A DNA stretch of 63,903 nucleotides, filler included, from Lama guanicoe (GCA_013239625.1; 200 parts of 200 records of this genome joined end to end with filler, not necessarily neighbours in it), one strand, 5' to 3'. Positions 24,181 through 36,699 are shown, numbered from the whole stretch's first letter. The notes: generated by a model from the sequence alone, not told the origin. Numbers and translations: made by a program.

Positions 24181-26239
24181 CCAGGGAGGACGACAAAAGT
24201 CCAGTCGTTTGGGGGAAAGNNNNNNNNNNNNNNNNNNNNNNNNNNNNNNNNNNNNNNNNNNNNTTAATTAATTAANNNNNNNNNNNNNNNNNNNNNNNNN
24301 NNNNNNNNNNNNNNNNNNNCAGGCCACCAACAATATCCAGTGGTTTAAGATGAGAACAGGTACAGAAGGTCTCAACTCTCAAGACCTAGAGATGATCAGA
24401 GCAGGCCTAAAACACAGGCTCAAATATGATACTTCCCTGGGTTCCTCTGAGGAATGTGGTTCCCTGAGTCTTCTGCCCCATGTCAGGAGCAGAGCAAGCC
24501 TCAGGTGGCTTAGAGGGAGTGGCAAGCAGCTCATGTTTGNNNNNNNNNNNNNNNNNNNNNNNNNNNNNNNNNNNNNNNNNNNNTTAATTAATTAANNNNN
24601 NNNNNNNNNNNNNNNNNNNNNNNNNNNNNNNNNNNNNNNATATCTGTATCAGTACATATTCTATATGGGGGAAATCAAGGACTTAAAATTTTATACTTAG
24701 TGTGTTGTTGATCAGAACCAATACCAACTAGAGAGTATTGAAATAGACTTTTCAAGTTTTTACTTTTGAGGCCACTTATGGTTTTGGTCAGAGATGTCTA
24801 TCTGAATTTGTAAGTGGCCTGGTTTTAGCTAGTTTTTCCCACCTTCTAATGAAACCTGCNNNNNNNNNNNNNNNNNNNNNNNNNNNNNNNNNNNNNNNNN
24901 NNNTTAATTAATTAANNNNNNNNNNNNNNNNNNNNNNNNNNNNNNNNNNNNNNNNNNNNATTCGGTCTGACAGCATTTAGCGTCAACAGCTGGTGGACGG
25001 GCTGCTCCCCCTCCAGCTCCTTTGGGGACAGTCCTGGGCCCCTCTGTGTGGTCCCCCTCATCATTATTACTGTGATAATTGTCTTTAAATGACATAATCT
25101 TTATGATTATAATCGTTCATTTTATAATACGGATGTAAATCATTAACTCTATAACAAAATCATCACCTCGTTGGTCTGCNNNNNNNNNNNNNNNNNNNNN
25201 NNNNNNNNNNNNNNNNNNNNNNNTTAATTAATTAANNNNNNNNNNNNNNNNNNNNNNNNNNNNNNNNNNNNNNNNNNNNAATATGGTGTAAAAGAGTCTG
25301 AATCAAGGGCTGCCTCTTAAATCCTAACTCAGAGAGTTTATTTGCTCCTATTGTGTCCAAGTTTAATAAGTATCAAACTGGGAGAGACACAAGTATCTTG
25401 TCAGATACTATGTTACTTAGAGGTGAATAAAAGATGAATAAAATACCCTCAAGGAATTTACAGTTCTAATAAAATTAATCATGTTTCATAACCACAGACN
25501 NNNNNNNNNNNNNNNNNNNNNNNNNNNNNNNNNNNNNNNNNNNTTAATTAATTAANNNNNNNNNNNNNNNNNNNNNNNNNNNNNNNNNNNNNNNNNNNNG
25601 TAGTTTTCCCTCAAGGATCTACATGTTACAATATGCTGATTATATCCTTCTTTGCTCCTTCTCCAAGGAACAATAATTCAAGTCAGTCTTTTCCTTTTGA
25701 CTCAGCGCTAATACGACATATAGTTTCTTTTAAAAAACAAGCAAAAAACCCTCCAATTTGTTAAAACTTAGGTTAAATATTTAGGACATCTAGTAACACC
25801 TCAGTGGTTAGTGCTGGACNNNNNNNNNNNNNNNNNNNNNNNNNNNNNNNNNNNNNNNNNNNNTTAATTAATTAANNNNNNNNNNNNNNNNNNNNNNNNN
25901 NNNNNNNNNNNNNNNNNNNCGAAAAAGCTCTGCATCTACTTTCCCTACTCATCCAATCGCAGTACCTCGTACAAGATGCCCAGTAGTACCAGCCCTCTAG
26001 TCTCACTGCCAACTCCCTAGTCTTGAAGCTCTTCTTATACCAATATGACATCGAGGTTACCAGCAGTTGATTTTGCTGCTTTGCCTTTACATATTTCAGT
26101 TCGTTACCTTCCTGCTCTGCCCAGCTGCTAAGGCCCTTCNNNNNNNNNNNNNNNNNNNNNNNNNNNNNNNNNNNNNNNNNNNNTTAATTAATTAANNNNN
26201 NNNNNNNNNNNNNNNNNNNNNNNNNNNNNNNNNNNNNNN

Positions 26240-26779
26240 AGAGGGAGGAACCCGTGTCGGGAACAAGCTTGTAAGAGGTGCTCAGCTCCGGGAGAGCAAC
26301 TTCTCGAGAGCGGTGTTGGTATCAGCTAAGAGATGTCACTTGCTGTTTTAACAGCACTTAAGAGATGGGAGTTTCTGAGTGGCGAGTGTATAAAAAGTCA
26401 GAAGAGACTCGAGACAGACAGAAAGCTCTGCACAGTCGTCACTCTGCCCGCCGGGGGTCNNNNNNNNNNNNNNNNNNNNNNNNNNNNNNNNNNNNNNNNN
26501 NNNTTAATTAATTAANNNNNNNNNNNNNNNNNNNNNNNNNNNNNNNNNNNNNNNNNNNNAGAGGGAGGAACCCGTGTCGGGAACAAGCTTGTAAGAGGTG
26601 CTCAGCTCTGGGAGAGCAACTTCTCGGGAGCGGTGTTGGTATCAGCTGAGAGATGTCACTTGCTGTTTTAATAGCACTTAAGAGATGGGAGTTTCCGAGT
26701 GGCGAGTGTATAAAAAGTCAGAAGAGACTTGAGACAGACAGAAAGCTCTGCACAGTCGTCACTCTGCCCGCCGGGGGTC
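26240..26779. repeat. Two near-identical contigs (26240-26459 and 26560-26779)
   Basis: Same endpoints, 6 substitutions, all transitions, no indels. Confidence 0.97.
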
Positions 26780-27532
26780 NNNNNNNNNNNNNNNNNNNNN
26801 NNNNNNNNNNNNNNNNNNNNNNNTTAATTAATTAANNNNNNNNNNNNNNNNNNNNNNNNNNNNNNNNNNNNNNNNNNNNAGATGGCAACCAAGGATGTAC
26901 ATTGTACATCTCTGGAAGAAGATGTGCAGATATCTTTGGTATTATGCATTGATTTTCTTAATAGAAAATCACACGAAAATTCTGAACTCAGTCCTTTCAC
27001 TTAAATGCTGTTCTGAACAAATCATGAAACTGAACTCCTTTTTAAAATACACAGCATACATTTTTTTCTAAAATGTTAGGTGAACATTTGTATCGCTGAN
27101 NNNNNNNNNNNNNNNNNNNNNNNNNNNNNNNNNNNNNNNNNNNTTAATTAATTAANNNNNNNNNNNNNNNNNNNNNNNNNNNNNNNNNNNNNNNNNNNNT
27201 TCCTTCCCAATGCACATTTCTGGTGCCACCGAAAATATTTTGACATCTCTGGTAGCCAGTTCTAGCAAGTACCTGGTTCTCTTCCTCGTACTCTACAGAG
27301 CAAAGATTATGCATGAGGAGCAGACCTTGCTGGTAGGCTGGAATGGCACGGGGCAGAGTGGTCAGAGCATAGCCTCTGGACAAGGCTGTCGCCAGAGTGC
27401 TAATCCCAGCTCTGCTGTGNNNNNNNNNNNNNNNNNNNNNNNNNNNNNNNNNNNNNNNNNNNNTTAATTAATTAANNNNNNNNNNNNNNNNNNNNNNNNN
27501 NNNNNNNNNNNNNNNNNNNATATATATGGTGT

Positions 27533-27533
27533 A

Positions 27534-27572
<39 letters not shown>

Positions 27573-27573
27573 A
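27533..27573 (+). repeat. (TAAA)n microsatellite, about 10 units
   Basis: Directly visible in the sequence. Confidence 0.95.
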
Positions 27574-27576
27574 CAA

Positions 27577-27710
27577 ATCAGCCATAAAAAATACCAAGGA
27601 AATGATGCCATTTGCAACAGTGTGGAGGGAACCTGAGGGCATTATGCTAAGTCAAGCTGAGAAAGACAAATACTATATGAACTCGTTTATATGTGGATTC
27701 TAAAACAAAC
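27577..27710 (+). mobile_element. L1 ORF2 C-terminus / 3' UTR fragment
   Basis: tcagccataaaaa...atgccatttgcaacagtgtgg...ctgagggcattatgctaagt...gagaaagacaaatactatatg. Confidence 0.85.
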
Positions 27711-27839
27711 ATGTGTCTGTTAATCCCCAACCCCTAATTNNNNNNNNNNNNNNNNNNNNNNNNNNNNNNNNNNNNNNNNNNNNTTAATTAATTAANNNNN
27801 NNNNNNNNNNNNNNNNNNNNNNNNNNNNNNNNNNNNNNN

Positions 27840-28059
27840 AGAAATTTCCTGGAGGCATTCAGAATTTTTCCTTTGGTTTTTAGTTTTTAGTTGTTTGACT
27901 ATAATATGTCAGAGTGGACTTCTTTGGGTTAAGATCCTGTTTGGAGTTTGTTCAGTCTTAAATATTTAGGTTTGCTTTATTTATTATTTATTTTTATTTA
28001 TTTATGACAAATTTGGCAAAATTTTAGCCATTATTTCTTTGAATACTTTTCCAGCCCTA
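27840..28059 (-). mobile_element. L1 ORF1-region fragment
   Basis: ttcagaatttttcctttgg...tttgactataatatgtc...aaatttggcaaaattttagccattatttctttgaatac. Confidence 0.75.
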
Positions 28060-28223
28060 NNNNNNNNNNNNNNNNNNNNNNNNNNNNNNNNNNNNNNNNN
28101 NNNTTAATTAATTAANNNNNNNNNNNNNNNNNNNNNNNNNNNNNNNNNNNNNNNNNNNNCTCCCCCAGCAGCTCAGCTTCCTCACCCTGCCTCCAAATCC
28201 CACACCCAACTCCCTGCTTACAG

Positions 28224-28379
28224 CAGAGGTTCTCACACTTTGTTGTGTTTAGAAATCACGCAAAGAGCTTGGTCAGTTTCCTATGTCCATACCCAGATTC
28301 AGCAGTCCCCAGTTCAACAGGTCAGAATGAGGCCTGAGACTGCATTTCTGACAAGCTCACAGGTGATGCCAGTGGCTAC
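28224..28379. mobile_element. MER5A-like hAT-Charlie DNA transposon fragment
   Basis: cagaggttctcacactt...gaaatcac...ggcctgagactgcatttctgacaagctcacaggtgatgcc. Confidence 0.75.
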
Positions 28380-29439
28380 NNNNNNNNNNNNNNNNNNNNN
28401 NNNNNNNNNNNNNNNNNNNNNNNTTAATTAATTAANNNNNNNNNNNNNNNNNNNNNNNNNNNNNNNNNNNNNNNNNNNNCCTCAGGGGCAGCCCCACAGG
28501 CAGGCAAAGTGGAGGCCTCTCTGGGAGGTGCTCTGGCCTGAAGATGCATCCTCCACTGGTGTCTGATGTTCCACCGTCAGCACCTCAGTCCCTTGGGCTG
28601 CCTTTCTGAGCATCCTCTTGAAATGCCAGCCCCCTACATTTAGCCCCTCGCTCCTCAGAGTGGATCAAGTTCCCAGAGATTTGCTTTCCTGACAGCAGGN
28701 NNNNNNNNNNNNNNNNNNNNNNNNNNNNNNNNNNNNNNNNNNNTTAATTAATTAANNNNNNNNNNNNNNNNNNNNNNNNNNNNNNNNNNNNNNNNNNNNG
28801 ACAATCCCAAAGCCGTATGTGTTCCAGACTCCTGACTCCCAGCCCAGGCTCCTGGGACAGGATACAGCGTTCCCGCTAAACCCGAAATTTCGGTTGAACG
28901 TGACTGTCCCTTAGGGAACTACCGGGACATTCGGTGGCAGAGCGACTCAGTCTCTAATGTGGCTACAATAAGTAGGCGTCCCAGCAGCCAGGCTGGGGAT
29001 CGCAACAGGGTGCAAGTCGNNNNNNNNNNNNNNNNNNNNNNNNNNNNNNNNNNNNNNNNNNNNTTAATTAATTAANNNNNNNNNNNNNNNNNNNNNNNNN
29101 NNNNNNNNNNNNNNNNNNNATGACAACAGATGTTCTAACAGGGCCAATCCATTATCATAGTATCACAAGTAGGAACTTTTTAAGTAGGTAATGAAGGATG
29201 ACTGTGCAGCTAGGAAGCAATAAACTGGTAAGTAGCAGAGCCTTACTGCTGGTCTAGAAGTGATGAAAGCAATCAAAGACTAATAGGTCATGTCTAAAGT
29301 ACACGTGAACTGATATGAATGTCTGAAGATCTATTTTTCNNNNNNNNNNNNNNNNNNNNNNNNNNNNNNNNNNNNNNNNNNNNTTAATTAATTAANNNNN
29401 NNNNNNNNNNNNNNNNNNNNNNNNNNNNNNNNNNNNNNN

Positions 29440-29659
29440 GCCGAGCCCCGCGCCCGCCGCCACCTGCGGCTCGGTCGCTGACACCCGAACCCGTCCCTCC
29501 CCTCCCTTCCCTCCGCGGCTGCGGCGCTGCCGCCAGATGGCTCCGCCCCCTGGGCGTGGCCGAGATAGTCCCCACCCCCCGCGGCGGCCTGGGAGGCAGG
29601 GGCGGGCTCCGAGTGCGCGCGGCCGCCCATTGGGAAATTTAGGCGGCCTGCTCCGCCAG
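29440..29659. promoter_or_regulatory. CpG-island/promoter fragment
   Basis: Dense CpG, GC boxes (GGGGCGGG, CCGCCC), reverse CCAAT (ATTGG) and a CTCF-like CCGCCAGATGGC. Confidence 0.75.
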
Positions 29660-29759
29660 NNNNNNNNNNNNNNNNNNNNNNNNNNNNNNNNNNNNNNNNN
29701 NNNTTAATTAATTAANNNNNNNNNNNNNNNNNNNNNNNNNNNNNNNNNNNNNNNNNNNN

Positions 29760-29979
29760 ATACTATGTGATTAATTTTGGTGTTCGAATTGTTTCAGCTA
29801 CTTTGCCTACTGGAAACTCTTTCATGTTGGCTTCTGTACCTTTTTGAAATGCCTCTGTGCTTTTGATTTATTTTTGTCTCCTCCTTACTGTCTCACTGTA
29901 CAGGTGTAGCCATGGCCTAAGCTCCTCCAACATGAGCAGCACAGATTTTAAAACTTACATGTATTTTTCTCTCCTGATG
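29760..29979 (-). repeat. Reverse-complement near-duplicate of contig 50560-50779; includes an old L1 3' UTR fragment
   Basis: End-to-end reverse-complement alignment with 8 substitutions and no indels. Confidence 0.95.
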
Positions 29980-30079
29980 NNNNNNNNNNNNNNNNNNNNN
30001 NNNNNNNNNNNNNNNNNNNNNNNTTAATTAATTAANNNNNNNNNNNNNNNNNNNNNNNNNNNNNNNNNNNNNNNNNNNN

Positions 30080-30299
30080 GTTAACATTTCCTGAAACCTA
30101 CTACACACTAGGCATTTTGCTAAGGGCTCTATGTAAATTATCTTATTAAGTCCACACAGAAAGCCTGTGAGGCTGATCTCATTACCATTCATTTTCAAGA
30201 TTGTAAGAAAATGGAGGCTGAGAATTTAATCAACTAGAATATGGTAACATAGTGTTAATAGGTGTAGGCTGAAAATGATCCCACTTATATCTCATTCCA
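30080..30299 (-). mobile_element. MIR SINE
   Basis: ctaggcattttgctaagggctctatgtaaattatcttattaagtcc...cctgtgagg...cattttcaagattgtaagaaaatggaggctgag. Confidence 0.75.
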
Positions 30300-31039
30300 N
30301 NNNNNNNNNNNNNNNNNNNNNNNNNNNNNNNNNNNNNNNNNNNTTAATTAATTAANNNNNNNNNNNNNNNNNNNNNNNNNNNNNNNNNNNNNNNNNNNNA
30401 GGGTCTCCCCACTTCTGGTGCTGGGAGGGGCCCTTGGCTCAGCTCCTTCTGTCACCCTGGACCTGGGGAGTAGGGAAGAGCAGATGTCACTGACCTAGAT
30501 CCCTCAGATCTGAGCCCAGGAGTGGGGGCCTGGATCTGAGACCCAGGTATTCCAAGTTTCTGAAGTTCAAACAAGAGGCAGCAAATGGTCTCCCACATGT
30601 GGGAGCAGTCCCTGTGTGCNNNNNNNNNNNNNNNNNNNNNNNNNNNNNNNNNNNNNNNNNNNNTTAATTAATTAANNNNNNNNNNNNNNNNNNNNNNNNN
30701 NNNNNNNNNNNNNNNNNNNAAGCCAACATGAGGCATTTCAGTTCAGTTCAATTTAAATTCAATTCCTTGATTTGTTCTTTGAACATGATTTTTAACTTAG
30801 ATCTTCTGATCTATCACTCAATAGTAAAAATAAAAGAGAGGATTTTAAAAGTATTTAGAGAGTGGAAATATATTTAAAATGAGGAACCAATGTAGGGAGA
30901 AGGAATATAGAAATGCCATCTCCTTTAAGCTTTTGCTTTNNNNNNNNNNNNNNNNNNNNNNNNNNNNNNNNNNNNNNNNNNNNTTAATTAATTAANNNNN
31001 NNNNNNNNNNNNNNNNNNNNNNNNNNNNNNNNNNNNNNN

Positions 31040-31259
31040 GAGAATCAATTGTCTATATAAGTGTTGGTTTAGTTCTGAACATTCTATTCTGCTCCGTTAT
31101 TCTATTTTCCTGATTGAAACCAACACCATACTTTCTGATTACTGTAGCTCTATAAAAAATAAGTCTGAAAATCATATAGTGTAAGTCTTCCAACTTTGTT
31201 TTTCTTGTTAAAAATTGTTTTGGATATTTGGGATCCTTTGAATTTTTATATGAATTTTA
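31040..31259 (-). mobile_element. L1 ORF2 fragment
   Basis: gaatcaattgtctatataagtgttggttt...ccaacaccatact...gattactgtagctctata...cttccaactttgtttttc. Confidence 0.85.
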
Positions 31260-32959
31260 NNNNNNNNNNNNNNNNNNNNNNNNNNNNNNNNNNNNNNNNN
31301 NNNTTAATTAATTAANNNNNNNNNNNNNNNNNNNNNNNNNNNNNNNNNNNNNNNNNNNNTGAGCTGAGCCTCTCCTGGCTTCTGCCTCTCCCCTCCTCCC
31401 CAGGATCCACATGCTCGGATCCCTCTGTAAGTGACTTCCTGAGCCTGGACGGGCCCCACTCACATGCCCCATGAGGAAGCTCTAATCGTTCGGGTACATG
31501 AGTTATCCCTGCCCTACCGCTCTGCTCTGTGGGGACTCACCTGTCCTTACACTTTACCCGGAGGACAAAGGAAGGAGAGNNNNNNNNNNNNNNNNNNNNN
31601 NNNNNNNNNNNNNNNNNNNNNNNTTAATTAATTAANNNNNNNNNNNNNNNNNNNNNNNNNNNNNNNNNNNNNNNNNNNNGGGGCGTAGGCACTGGACGAG
31701 GATCACGTGGGGGTCCGGCCTAGCAAAGAGAACACAATTCTGAGAGGTTTGCTAGCGGATAATGGACAGTCCAGGCAGCTGGGGACCTGGTGCTCCAAAT
31801 GGACCCCAGATTACCTAAAGGTTTCATGAGGGACCCAGGACGAGTTCATCACAAACCATTACCAAGCACTGAACACACTCCGGCTCTTAGAGCAAAGGCN
31901 NNNNNNNNNNNNNNNNNNNNNNNNNNNNNNNNNNNNNNNNNNNTTAATTAATTAANNNNNNNNNNNNNNNNNNNNNNNNNNNNNNNNNNNNNNNNNNNNC
32001 TGTGTGACCATTAGAAAACTGCCCCCACAAAAGAGTGATGGGCAAGAGCATCCTGAGGTCAAGGGTTTCTAATTTCCAAAGCAACCCCAATGAGTGTGGC
32101 TGAAGCCCTGAGTATGGTGTCACAGCTCACATCTCAAGGCCATGCAGGTAGCAGGGCTTGTACTAGGATCAAAGACAGTGTGTCTCCACAGTCCACACTC
32201 AGTACCACAGTGCTGGGGTNNNNNNNNNNNNNNNNNNNNNNNNNNNNNNNNNNNNNNNNNNNNTTAATTAATTAANNNNNNNNNNNNNNNNNNNNNNNNN
32301 NNNNNNNNNNNNNNNNNNNATAAGGCACAGGTTACCGTAGGAGGCGAAGTCACATAATGATTGGAACACATAAGGTAAGGCAAAAATGATGGAGGGTCGA
32401 GACTACCTGGCTGAGATCTGCTTGTGGTACATCTTTGACTTGACTCTAGATGTTGGAGGGTCAAAACTGTAGGTTGAAGGAAAGGGGGGAAGAGAATATC
32501 CAAGAATTCAACAGAAGGAAAAATTCATGTATCAGGGATNNNNNNNNNNNNNNNNNNNNNNNNNNNNNNNNNNNNNNNNNNNNTTAATTAATTAANNNNN
32601 NNNNNNNNNNNNNNNNNNNNNNNNNNNNNNNNNNNNNNNCCCTGAAACTAACACAGCATTGTAAATCTATACTTGAATTAAAAAAAAATGCCAATTGTTC
32701 CTAGACCTCTGTTGGCTGGGAAATGCGAGGCGCTGCTCATAAACACACACTTTGTGCCGAACTGTCTCACATTTTTGTTTGTCACGAATGTCTCTGTGTT
32801 AAAAATCTCGAAGTCTTCCTGGAAGCACTTTGGCTTTCTGCATTAAGCTGCACTGTTTTNNNNNNNNNNNNNNNNNNNNNNNNNNNNNNNNNNNNNNNNN
32901 NNNTTAATTAATTAANNNNNNNNNNNNNNNNNNNNNNNNNNNNNNNNNNNNNNNNNNNN

Positions 32960-33085
32960 AATAACATATAATGGAAAAGAATGTGAAAAGAAAAAAATAT
33001 ATATATACGTATGTATATGTATAACTGAATCTCTTTGCTGTACACCTGACACTAACATTGTAAATCAACTATACTTGCCTTAAAA
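32960..33085 (+). mobile_element. L1 3' end (artiodactyl type)
   Basis: ataatggaaaagaatgtgaaaag...tatatgtataactgaatctctttgctgtacacctgacactaacattgtaaatcaactatact. Confidence 0.85.
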
Positions 33086-33279
33086 TTTTGAAAAAATTTG
33101 CCGTGTTGAAATTAATAAATATGCATTGATCATCACTATGTGCTAGATGTTATCCCAAGTCTGTGGTACATTAGGGACCNNNNNNNNNNNNNNNNNNNNN
33201 NNNNNNNNNNNNNNNNNNNNNNNTTAATTAATTAANNNNNNNNNNNNNNNNNNNNNNNNNNNNNNNNNNNNNNNNNNNN

Positions 33280-33499
33280 AATGGGAGAAAATATTCGCAA
33301 ACAATATATCCCATAAGGGGTTAATATCCAAACTGCAGGAAGAGCTCATACAATTAAACATCACCCAAAAAAAATTCTGATTAAAAAATGGGCAGAGGAT
33401 CTAAACAGAATTTTTTTTTAAGAAGACACATTCAGCCAACAAGCAAATGAAAAAAGATGCTCAACACACTACCATCAACAGGGAAATGGAAATCAAAAC
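33280..33499 (+). mobile_element. L1 ORF2 fragment
   Basis: aatgggagaaaatattcgcaaac...aggggttaatatccaaa...aaaatgggcagaggatctaaacaga...gatgctcaaca...aaatcaaaac. Confidence 0.9.
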
Positions 33500-34289
33500 N
33501 NNNNNNNNNNNNNNNNNNNNNNNNNNNNNNNNNNNNNNNNNNNTTAATTAATTAANNNNNNNNNNNNNNNNNNNNNNNNNNNNNNNNNNNNNNNNNNNNA
33601 CTCCTAGGTTTGGCAGGGCCCTTCTGAGTTGATTCCCTGAAAAACAAAGCAAAACAATAAAACCCAAACCAAACCAAAAAATAAAAAATATATATAAAAA
33701 AGAGAGACTCTGAGTGTCATCAGCTTTGCTCCATGTTGCTGCCTTGATAAGAGTTCAGTTCTCTCTGTCATAAGAAACATTTTATGATTAATGGAAGACA
33801 GAATATTATCCAGTATTAANNNNNNNNNNNNNNNNNNNNNNNNNNNNNNNNNNNNNNNNNNNNTTAATTAATTAANNNNNNNNNNNNNNNNNNNNNNNNN
33901 NNNNNNNNNNNNNNNNNNNTGACACATGACGGAACTGGATAGATAGTAAACGGTAGAACTTAGATTCAGACTCAGGCCCTGTGCCTCCAGGTGCAGCTTC
34001 TGACTTAGAAGCAGACTATTTGAGATCTACGCAGAGGCTTTTCAACTAATTACAATCTGGCCCATCAAAGCTGAAAATGTAGCTCCCTCCAGATTCTGGT
34101 TTGTCGTCTTAACACACTGGGTAAGAGACAAGAACGTTANNNNNNNNNNNNNNNNNNNNNNNNNNNNNNNNNNNNNNNNNNNNTTAATTAATTAANNNNN
34201 NNNNNNNNNNNNNNNNNNNNNNNNNNNNNNNNNNNNNNNTCAACTCTATTTCAGCAAGAAATGCAAAAAAATTTTACAGAAGTAAAAAT

Positions 34290-34459
34290 AGTAACAATAA
34301 TGGCCCTAACATCTAAGAAGCACTGACTCTGCGGGTGTTTTCTGCATGTTCATCACATGTCACTAATCCAGCTCCCCAAAGACCCCAGGAGAGAAGGCAG
34401 CTGTTAGACCCATTTTAAAGAAGAGGACACAGAGGTGGGGGAGGTGAGGCGATGGGCCC
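34290..34459 (-). mobile_element. MIR fragment
   Basis: ctaacatctaagaagcactgactctg...cccattttaaagaagaggacacagagg. Confidence 0.6.
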
Positions 34460-36479
34460 NNNNNNNNNNNNNNNNNNNNNNNNNNNNNNNNNNNNNNNNN
34501 NNNTTAATTAATTAANNNNNNNNNNNNNNNNNNNNNNNNNNNNNNNNNNNNNNNNNNNNATAGGTTCATATTATGATACTATATATCATGTAGTATTTAT
34601 ATATATATATCATATACATCATATAGTATTAACCTAATCTGGTCCCACTAAAAATGATTGCAGAGATCAAATATTTTAATCCACTCGCTCACGGCTGTAC
34701 TTGAGTCTCGTGAAGATGTTAGACAGTCCATTGCAATCAGAAATTTGCAGATACAATCACATAGAATTGAAAAGGGATCNNNNNNNNNNNNNNNNNNNNN
34801 NNNNNNNNNNNNNNNNNNNNNNNTTAATTAATTAANNNNNNNNNNNNNNNNNNNNNNNNNNNNNNNNNNNNNNNNNNNNCTGCCTCACCAGAGGGTCTGC
34901 GGTATGCCAGGAGAGTGAGCTAGCTCCACCCCGCCAGCCCTGCCTGCCTCCAAGCGGAGCTAAGCAAGGTTATGCCAGAGCAGCAATAAAGCCATCACCT
35001 CTGTAAACATGCTAGACGACTTGCCTTCATTGTGCACTCTCCATAACCACGCTCTTTCTCCTGCGTCCCATGAATTCTTCATCATCTAACTTATCCAACN
35101 NNNNNNNNNNNNNNNNNNNNNNNNNNNNNNNNNNNNNNNNNNNTTAATTAATTAANNNNNNNNNNNNNNNNNNNNNNNNNNNNNNNNNNNNNNNNNNNNA
35201 TCAGGCACATGTAGATGCTACTTTGAATCACTGGATCATTAGATTCTCTAGAGAAATCTAAGCTAATCTGGCATAAAAAATTGATAGTGTTCACGGACAT
35301 ATTCTTAACGGAATCTTTAAACTCCTACGCAGTCATTTTTCTGAGTGTATTTTTTATCAAATTAAGTTGCTTCCTATGCAAGAAATGCATAGGTGATGAT
35401 ATAAGTAACATTCATGCACNNNNNNNNNNNNNNNNNNNNNNNNNNNNNNNNNNNNNNNNNNNNTTAATTAATTAANNNNNNNNNNNNNNNNNNNNNNNNN
35501 NNNNNNNNNNNNNNNNNNNTCTGCTGTGTCCTGGAGGGCTCTGTGGCATATCAAGACAGGATGCCAAATACCACTACTCACTCCATGGCTGAGGCACCCC
35601 CAAGACTTAATTCTAAACGGAACTAATCTGAATTGGGGACATGCACTGCTTAGGAGGAAGAAGTGAATCTGGTTTGAAAACAGCACCTGAGGGCATACAG
35701 TGAGATCTGCCGTGAAGTGGGTCCCCAGCCATGCGTGGGNNNNNNNNNNNNNNNNNNNNNNNNNNNNNNNNNNNNNNNNNNNNTTAATTAATTAANNNNN
35801 NNNNNNNNNNNNNNNNNNNNNNNNNNNNNNNNNNNNNNNTGCAGCACAACCAAGCATCGAGGGCTGGGCGCTGTTACTTTCACGTCTGTTGCTTCTGCTG
35901 CTCCAACTGCCGGAGGCCCATGGAAGCAAAACTATAAGATGCAATGACCACTTTTACTTTTTCTGGTTTGAAAACAAGACCTACCTAATTTTATTTCCTG
36001 CTCTATCTATCAACCAAACTTAAAATCGTTTTAACACAAGAACACCTGAACAGAACTTGNNNNNNNNNNNNNNNNNNNNNNNNNNNNNNNNNNNNNNNNN
36101 NNNTTAATTAATTAANNNNNNNNNNNNNNNNNNNNNNNNNNNNNNNNNNNNNNNNNNNNTCTTCTCAGATGAGCGTCTCTGCTGCTTCGTGTTCTGGGTG
36201 GCTTGGCCTGTTGTCAGATCCCTTAGTTACCTGCGTCGTTGAGAAGCTGAAAAGGAAAGTTAGAGCTCATTCATTTTAAGCCTCATGTTCTAGCACAACA
36301 AAAATTACCTTATGCAATTCAGCAGCCATAAATTACATTTGATTCGGAGGTCCCTGTGCTGCATTTGGAGGGGCGTGGGNNNNNNNNNNNNNNNNNNNNN
36401 NNNNNNNNNNNNNNNNNNNNNNNTTAATTAATTAANNNNNNNNNNNNNNNNNNNNNNNNNNNNNNNNNNNNNNNNNNNN

Positions 36480-36699
36480 TATAGAATACATAATACAGAA
36501 TATAGAATTTTGAATACAGAATTCAGAACCCAGAATTGAGAAAATGGAATGCACAACACAATGTAGAATATAGAATACAGAATACAGAATATAAAATGTC
36601 GAATACAGAATGTAGAACACAGAATATAGAATATATAATACAGATTACAAAACCCAGAATTTAGACATGGAATGCAGTACACAGAATATAGAATATAGA
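36480..36699. repeat. AGAAT-based heptamer satellite
   Basis: Same family as 10241-10459. Both share the CCAGAAT..ATGGAATGCA variant block. Confidence 0.9.

Noticed and set aside
26333..26835. Tandem duplicated small 'genes' MSLAVL...
   Set aside because: Adjacency is artificial and both ORFs run into N. They are duplicate contigs, not a gene pair.
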